From: an uncultured Anaerolineaceae bacterium
Lineage (GTDB): Bacteria > Chloroflexota > Limnocylindria > Limnocylindrales > CSP1-4
Assembly: GCA_964519845.1 (NCBI GenBank)
Contig: CAZFLI010000001.1
Location: 1 to 32,048, forward strand
Length of the DNA stretch: 32,048 nucleotides
Reading direction: 5' to 3'
The notes below the pieces were generated by a model that was not told the origin of the DNA, made no database searches, and was given only the letters and a program-made list of their open reading frames with translations. Shown here in pieces: positions 29,026-32,048 of this stretch. The translations under genes were made by a program, and so were the position numbers. Within the stretch, counting starts at the first letter, position 1; every line of letters starts with the position of its first letter.

Positions 29026-29589
29026 CTAGATCGTGGCGGGACGGGTCTGCGGGGTCAGCTGCGATCCCTGTGCCAGGGTCGTCGAGGACCACACCGGCTC
29101 CGCGACGGGGGCCACGAAAGCCCCCGCCAGGGCGCGCAATGTCGCCGGGGGGACGGGGAAGGCCGAGTCTTCCGTGCCGGCCGAGGCCCAGACCACCGGG
29201 AAGCGGCCGACGCCCTGGTCCATGATCACCCGCACGTCGTGGCCCAACCCGAGAGGCGGAGTGCAGCCGGCCGCGAAACCGGTCAGCCCGGCAGCTTCGG
29301 AGGGAGTGGCGCGCCTGATGGCGGCCTCGCCGACGGCCGCGGCCAGGCGACCGTTGTCGACCCGATCGAGGGCCGAGGCCAGGCAGACGATGGGTGCGAG
29401 GCGTCCTCCCGGCCTGGGCGCAACGAACACGAGCGCCTTCACGATCTGCCCCAGGTCGGCGCCGATCAGCGCCGCCGCCTCTTCGTCGCTGCGGACGGAC
29501 TCGTCGAAGATGGTGATGTCGAGCTTCACGCCCTTGCGCGCGGCCGCGTCGACAACACGTCTGATTCCTGGCTGCGAGAACTCGCTCAC
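29026..29589 (-). CDS. YbaK/EbsC/ProX-type aminoacyl-tRNA deacylase domain protein
   Basis: GTG start. It contains VKLDITIFDESVRSDEEAAALIGADLGQIVKALVF and GFAAGCTPPLGLGHDVRVIMD, typical of the YbaK editing-domain family. Confidence 0.7.
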   Translation of the reverse strand: MSEFSQPGIRRVVDAAARKGVKLDITIFDESVRSDEEAAALIGADLGQIVKALVFVAPRPGGRLAPIVCLASALDRVDNGRLAAAVGEAAIRRATPSEAAGLTGFAAGCTPPLGLGHDVRVIMDQGVGRFPVVWASAGTEDSAFPVPPATLRALAGAFVAPVAEPVWSSTTLAQGSQLTPQTRPATI

Positions 29590-29863
29590 GGTCCGAAATC
29601 TACATCCGCTCTAGGTGGCCGACCCTGGGAGGATGGTCGGATGACCACAGGCCTTAGGTAATGGGGTTTCCGCTTCCAGTTAACAGGACTCCGCCCAACG
29701 GTCGGGGGTTCCCTTGCGACGATGACTTGCCTACTGGTTGTTACGGCGCCGGGACGGCGCCGGATCACCCGTCGGCCGGCATTCTGCTGCGGGGGCGGCG
29801 CGGCGCCCACGACGACGCTGGCGGAACCGGCGGCCCGGGTGTAGAGTCGAACTCCAATTGCAT

Positions 29864-29958
29864 ACCGACAGGGGAGCGCCGGAGCGGCGCTGAGAGTGCG
29901 GAGGCATCCGCAGACCCTTGGAACCTGATCCGGGTAATTCCGGCGAAGGGAGTCAAGC
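29864..29958 (+). promoter_or_regulatory. TPP (THI-box) riboswitch aptamer
   Basis: The sequence reads GACAGGGGAGCGCCGGAGCGGCGCTGAGAGTGCGGAGGCATCCGCAGACCCTTGGAACCTGATCCGGGTAATTCCGGCGAAGGGAGTC. It carries the conserved GGGG-x-GC, CUGAGA, ACCCUU-GAACCUGAUC-GG-UAAU-CC-GCG-AGGGA cores. It lies upstream of thiamine genes. Confidence 0.92.
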
Positions 29959-29961
29959 AGC

Positions 29962-29995
29962 AGCACCTCTGTCGTGATCGATGGAGGTGCTTTTT
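29962..29995 (+). terminator. Riboswitch expression-platform terminator (AGCACCTC - 14-nt loop - GAGGTGCT, followed by TTTT)
   Basis: An 8-bp perfect stem is followed by a T5 run at 29991..29995. The 3' arm contains GGAGG, so it may also sequester the SD of the downstream gene. Confidence 0.75.
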
Positions 29996-30005
29996 GGCGG
30001 ATGGG

Positions 30006-30692
30006 ATGCGGGCGCTGGTCGTGGCCGACGGCGACATCCCGTCGCGCCGCGACCTCGATGCCGGCTGGCCGGGCTGGGAGCGGGGCGTGAGCCTGATCGT
30101 GGCCGCGGACGGGGGCTGGGACAGAGCGGCCGCGCTGGGCCTGAAACCCGGCCTGCTGGTGGGCGACGCCGACTCGCTGGACGCCGGCCGCTTCGCCGCG
30201 CTGGGCGCACAGGGCGTCGAGGTGGAGCGCTCCCGATCGGCCAAGGACGAGTCGGACGCCGAACTGGCTCTCCTGGCCGCGCTCCGGCGGGGGGCGAGCC
30301 ACGTCACGATCCTGGGGGCCCTGGGCGGGGCGCGCTTCGACCACGCCCTGGCCAACGTCTGCCTGCTGGCCCTGCCGGACCCGGCCATCGAGGTCCAGCT
30401 CCTGGACGCGACGACGAGAGTTCGGCTACTGCGCGCTCCATCGGCCGGCGGCCGGCCGGCCCGAATGGATCTGGCGGGCGCGGAGGGCGATCTGGTGTCC
30501 CTGCTGCCGCTCGGCGGCCCGGCCGAGGGTGTGACCACCGACGGCCTGCTCTATCCCCTGGCGGACGACGATCTGAAGCCGGGCCCGGCCCGCGGACTGT
30601 CGAACGTTCGCCTGGCGTCGGCGGCAAGCGTCTCGCTCCGGCGCGGGACCCTGGCAGTCATCGAGACGAGAGGAGAAGGAGGCCAATCATGA
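30006..30692 (+). CDS. thiN: Thiamine pyrophosphokinase
   Basis: It begins MRALVVADGD and contains LLVGDADSL (the GDxDS motif) and KDESDAELAL. The frame is that of track ORF 29661..30692. An in-frame TTG at 29994, 5 nt after GGAGG, is an alternative start. Confidence 0.8.
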   Translation: MRALVVADGDIPSRRDLDAGWPGWERGVSLIVAADGGWDRAAALGLKPGLLVGDADSLDAGRFAALGAQGVEVERSRSAKDESDAELALLAALRRGASHVTILGALGGARFDHALANVCLLALPDPAIEVQLLDATTRVRLLRAPSAGGRPARMDLAGAEGDLVSLLPLGGPAEGVTTDGLLYPLADDDLKPGPARGLSNVRLASAASVSLRRGTLAVIETRGEGGQS

Positions 30693-31288
30693 GCGCACGC
30701 GTAGCATCGGCGACCGGCTTGACCCCGGCGCTCGAATCGACTCGCTGGCGAACCGTCGACATCGTCGTCGTGGCGGCCATCGCCGTCGCCTTCGGTGTTG
30801 TCTTCTGGTTCTGGAACACCTTCGTCTGGGCCTGGCTGGGGTGGCTGGGCGAGCCCTGGGAGTACTCGATCGCCGGGATGTGGGTCATGCCGGCCGTGGT
30901 GGCGCCGCTGATCGTGCGCAAGCCGGGTGCGGCGCTCTACGCGGAGATCGTGGCGGCCGTGCTGTCGGTCATCCTGGTCAGCCCTTGGGGCCTCGACACG
31001 CTGCTCTCGGGGTTCGTCCAGGGGGCCGGCGCGGAGCTGATCTTCGGCTTCCTCCTGTATCGCTCGTTCGGCCCGCTCACGGCCGTCCTGGCGGGCGCCG
31101 GGGCGGGGCTCGGCATGGCCCTGCACGACATCCCCGTCTGGTTCCCGACCGCCTCGACACAGCTGCAGATCGGCATCGCGTCGCTCGAGATCGTGTCGTC
31201 GGCGCTCGTGGCAGGCCTGGGAGGCTGGCTGCTGGTCAGAGCGCTGCGCAGGACGGGGGCCCTGCAGACCTTCCCCTCGGGCCTATGA
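30689..31288 (+). CDS. ykoE: ECF-transporter substrate-specific (S) component, YkoE-like HMP/thiamine permease
   Basis: The ATG overlaps the thiN stop as ATGA. The product has six hydrophobic helices. IVRKPGAALYAEIVAAVLS closely matches the YkoE segment IRKPGAALVSEIIAALVE as I recall it. The track ORF 29981..31288 is a 5'-over-extension. Confidence 0.75.
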   Translation: MSARVASATGLTPALESTRWRTVDIVVVAAIAVAFGVVFWFWNTFVWAWLGWLGEPWEYSIAGMWVMPAVVAPLIVRKPGAALYAEIVAAVLSVILVSPWGLDTLLSGFVQGAGAELIFGFLLYRSFGPLTAVLAGAGAGLGMALHDIPVWFPTASTQLQIGIASLEIVSSALVAGLGGWLLVRALRRTGALQTFPSGL

Positions 31289-32048
31289 CCGACGCCGCGG
31301 CGCCGGCGCTCGAGGCGATCGACTTCGGCTGGACCTACGCGGGCGCAGGCCGGCCGGCTCTCGAAGGCTTGACGTTCCGCCTGGAGCCGGGGCGGCTGCT
31401 GCTGGTTCTCGGGCCATCAGGCTCGGGCAAGAGCACGCTGGCGAGGGCGACTGCCGGACTGGTGCCGCACCTCTTGCCCGGGGCCTGGCGGGGCAGCCTC
31501 AGGATCGGGAGCCGGGAGGTCGCCGCCACCCCGGCCCGTTTCCTGGGCGAGCGGGTCGGCCTGGTCTTCCAGGACCCCGACTCCCAGCTGGTGATGAGCC
31601 GGGTGGACGACGAGGTCGCCTTTGGGCTGGAGAATCGCGGCCGGCCGCGTGAGGAGATGGCCGCCCGGGTTCCGGAAGCGCTGGTTCAGGCAGGCCTGGC
31701 GGGCTTCGAGCGGCGCCTCACCGCCACGCTCTCCGGCGGCGAGAAGCAGCGCCTGGCCGTAGCCGGCGTGCTGGCCCCGGCGCCGAGCCTGCTAGTTCTC
31801 GACGAGCCCACGGCCAACCTGGATCCGCCCGGCATGCACGCCGTTTTCGAGCTACTGGCCGCCCTCGCCGCCGCGCAGCATCACACCATTGTCCTGATCG
31901 AGCACCGGCTGGAGGCAGCCCTGCCATTGGCCGACGACGTCCTGCTGCTCGACGGCCTGGGCCGCCAGCTGGCCTTCGGCCCGGCCGGCTCGGTAGACCG
32001 GCGGGCGGTCGCAAAGCTGGCCGACAGCGGCGCCTGGGTGCCTCGGGC
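31285..32048 (+). CDS. ykoD: ECF/ABC transporter ATP-binding protein (YkoD/EcfA-like), first ABC domain; the 3' end runs off the window
   Basis: Not in the track because no stop lies in the window. The ATG at 31285 overlaps the ykoE stop as ATGA. My translation shows Walker A GPSGSGKST, the Q-loop region VFQDP, the signature LSGGEKQR, and Walker B LLVLDEP. Confidence 0.85.
   Translation, partial: MTDAAAPALEAIDFGWTYAGAGRPALEGLTFRLEPGRLLLVLGPSGSGKSTLARATAGLVPHLLPGAWRGSLRIGSREVAATPARFLGERVGLVFQDPDSQLVMSRVDDEVAFGLENRGRPREEMAARVPEALVQAGLAGFERRLTATLSGGEKQRLAVAGVLAPAPSLLVLDEPTANLDPPGMHAVFELLAALAAAQHHTIVLIEHRLEAALPLADDVLLLDGLGRQLAFGPAGSVDRRAVAKLADSGAWVPR

Noticed and set aside
29661-30005. 5' parts of track ORFs 29661..30692 and 29981..31288
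   Set aside because: They run through the TPP riboswitch and its terminator and translate to Arg/Gly-rich sequence. The real ThiN and YkoE sequences begin at 30006 (or 29994) and 30689 respectively.

Overview
This is a strongly GC-rich bacterial chromosomal segment. Third codon positions are almost all G/C, so many long ORFs in the track are antisense or alternate-frame shadows. I support about 27 protein genes, mostly housekeeping.

Gene content in order:
- a PQQ-like beta-propeller lipoprotein (partial)
- a ketopantoate-reductase-family gene and plsY
- an HPr-Enzyme I fusion
- a stand-alone array of about 15 TPR repeats
- copA
- metY-metX
- dapB-dapA-dapD-lysA
- cydAB
- a secreted protein with Kelch repeats plus a triplicated domain
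- an M23 peptidase
- a minus-strand operon encoding a membrane protein, an HTH-WYL regulator and a SAMHD1-like HD phosphohydrolase
- a YbaK-type deacylase
- a TPP-riboswitch-controlled thiN-ykoE-ykoD(partial) thiamine salvage operon

I saw no rRNA, tRNA, CRISPR array or mobile element.

Most interesting observation: the Met and Lys biosynthesis operons carry look-alike leaders of no class I recognise.
- Each has a TTGCGC -35 box and a TAnnnT-type -10 box.
- An SD-less mini-ORF begins 10 nt after the -10 and contains the cognate codons (M-M-S-M, or K-F-K).
- The box GGCGGCCCCG lies exactly 5 nt after the last cognate codon.
- A complementary box, CGGGGCCGCG, forms the 5' shoulder of a strong hairpin followed by a U-tract.

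Other leads:
- a perfect 8+3+8 palindrome over the copA RBS, with a motif shared with the TPR gene upstream region
- the membrane/WYL/HD operon
- a triplicated uncharacterised domain on the Kelch protein
- a 540-bp gene-poor stretch holding a LuxR-type HTH remnant and an AT-rich island
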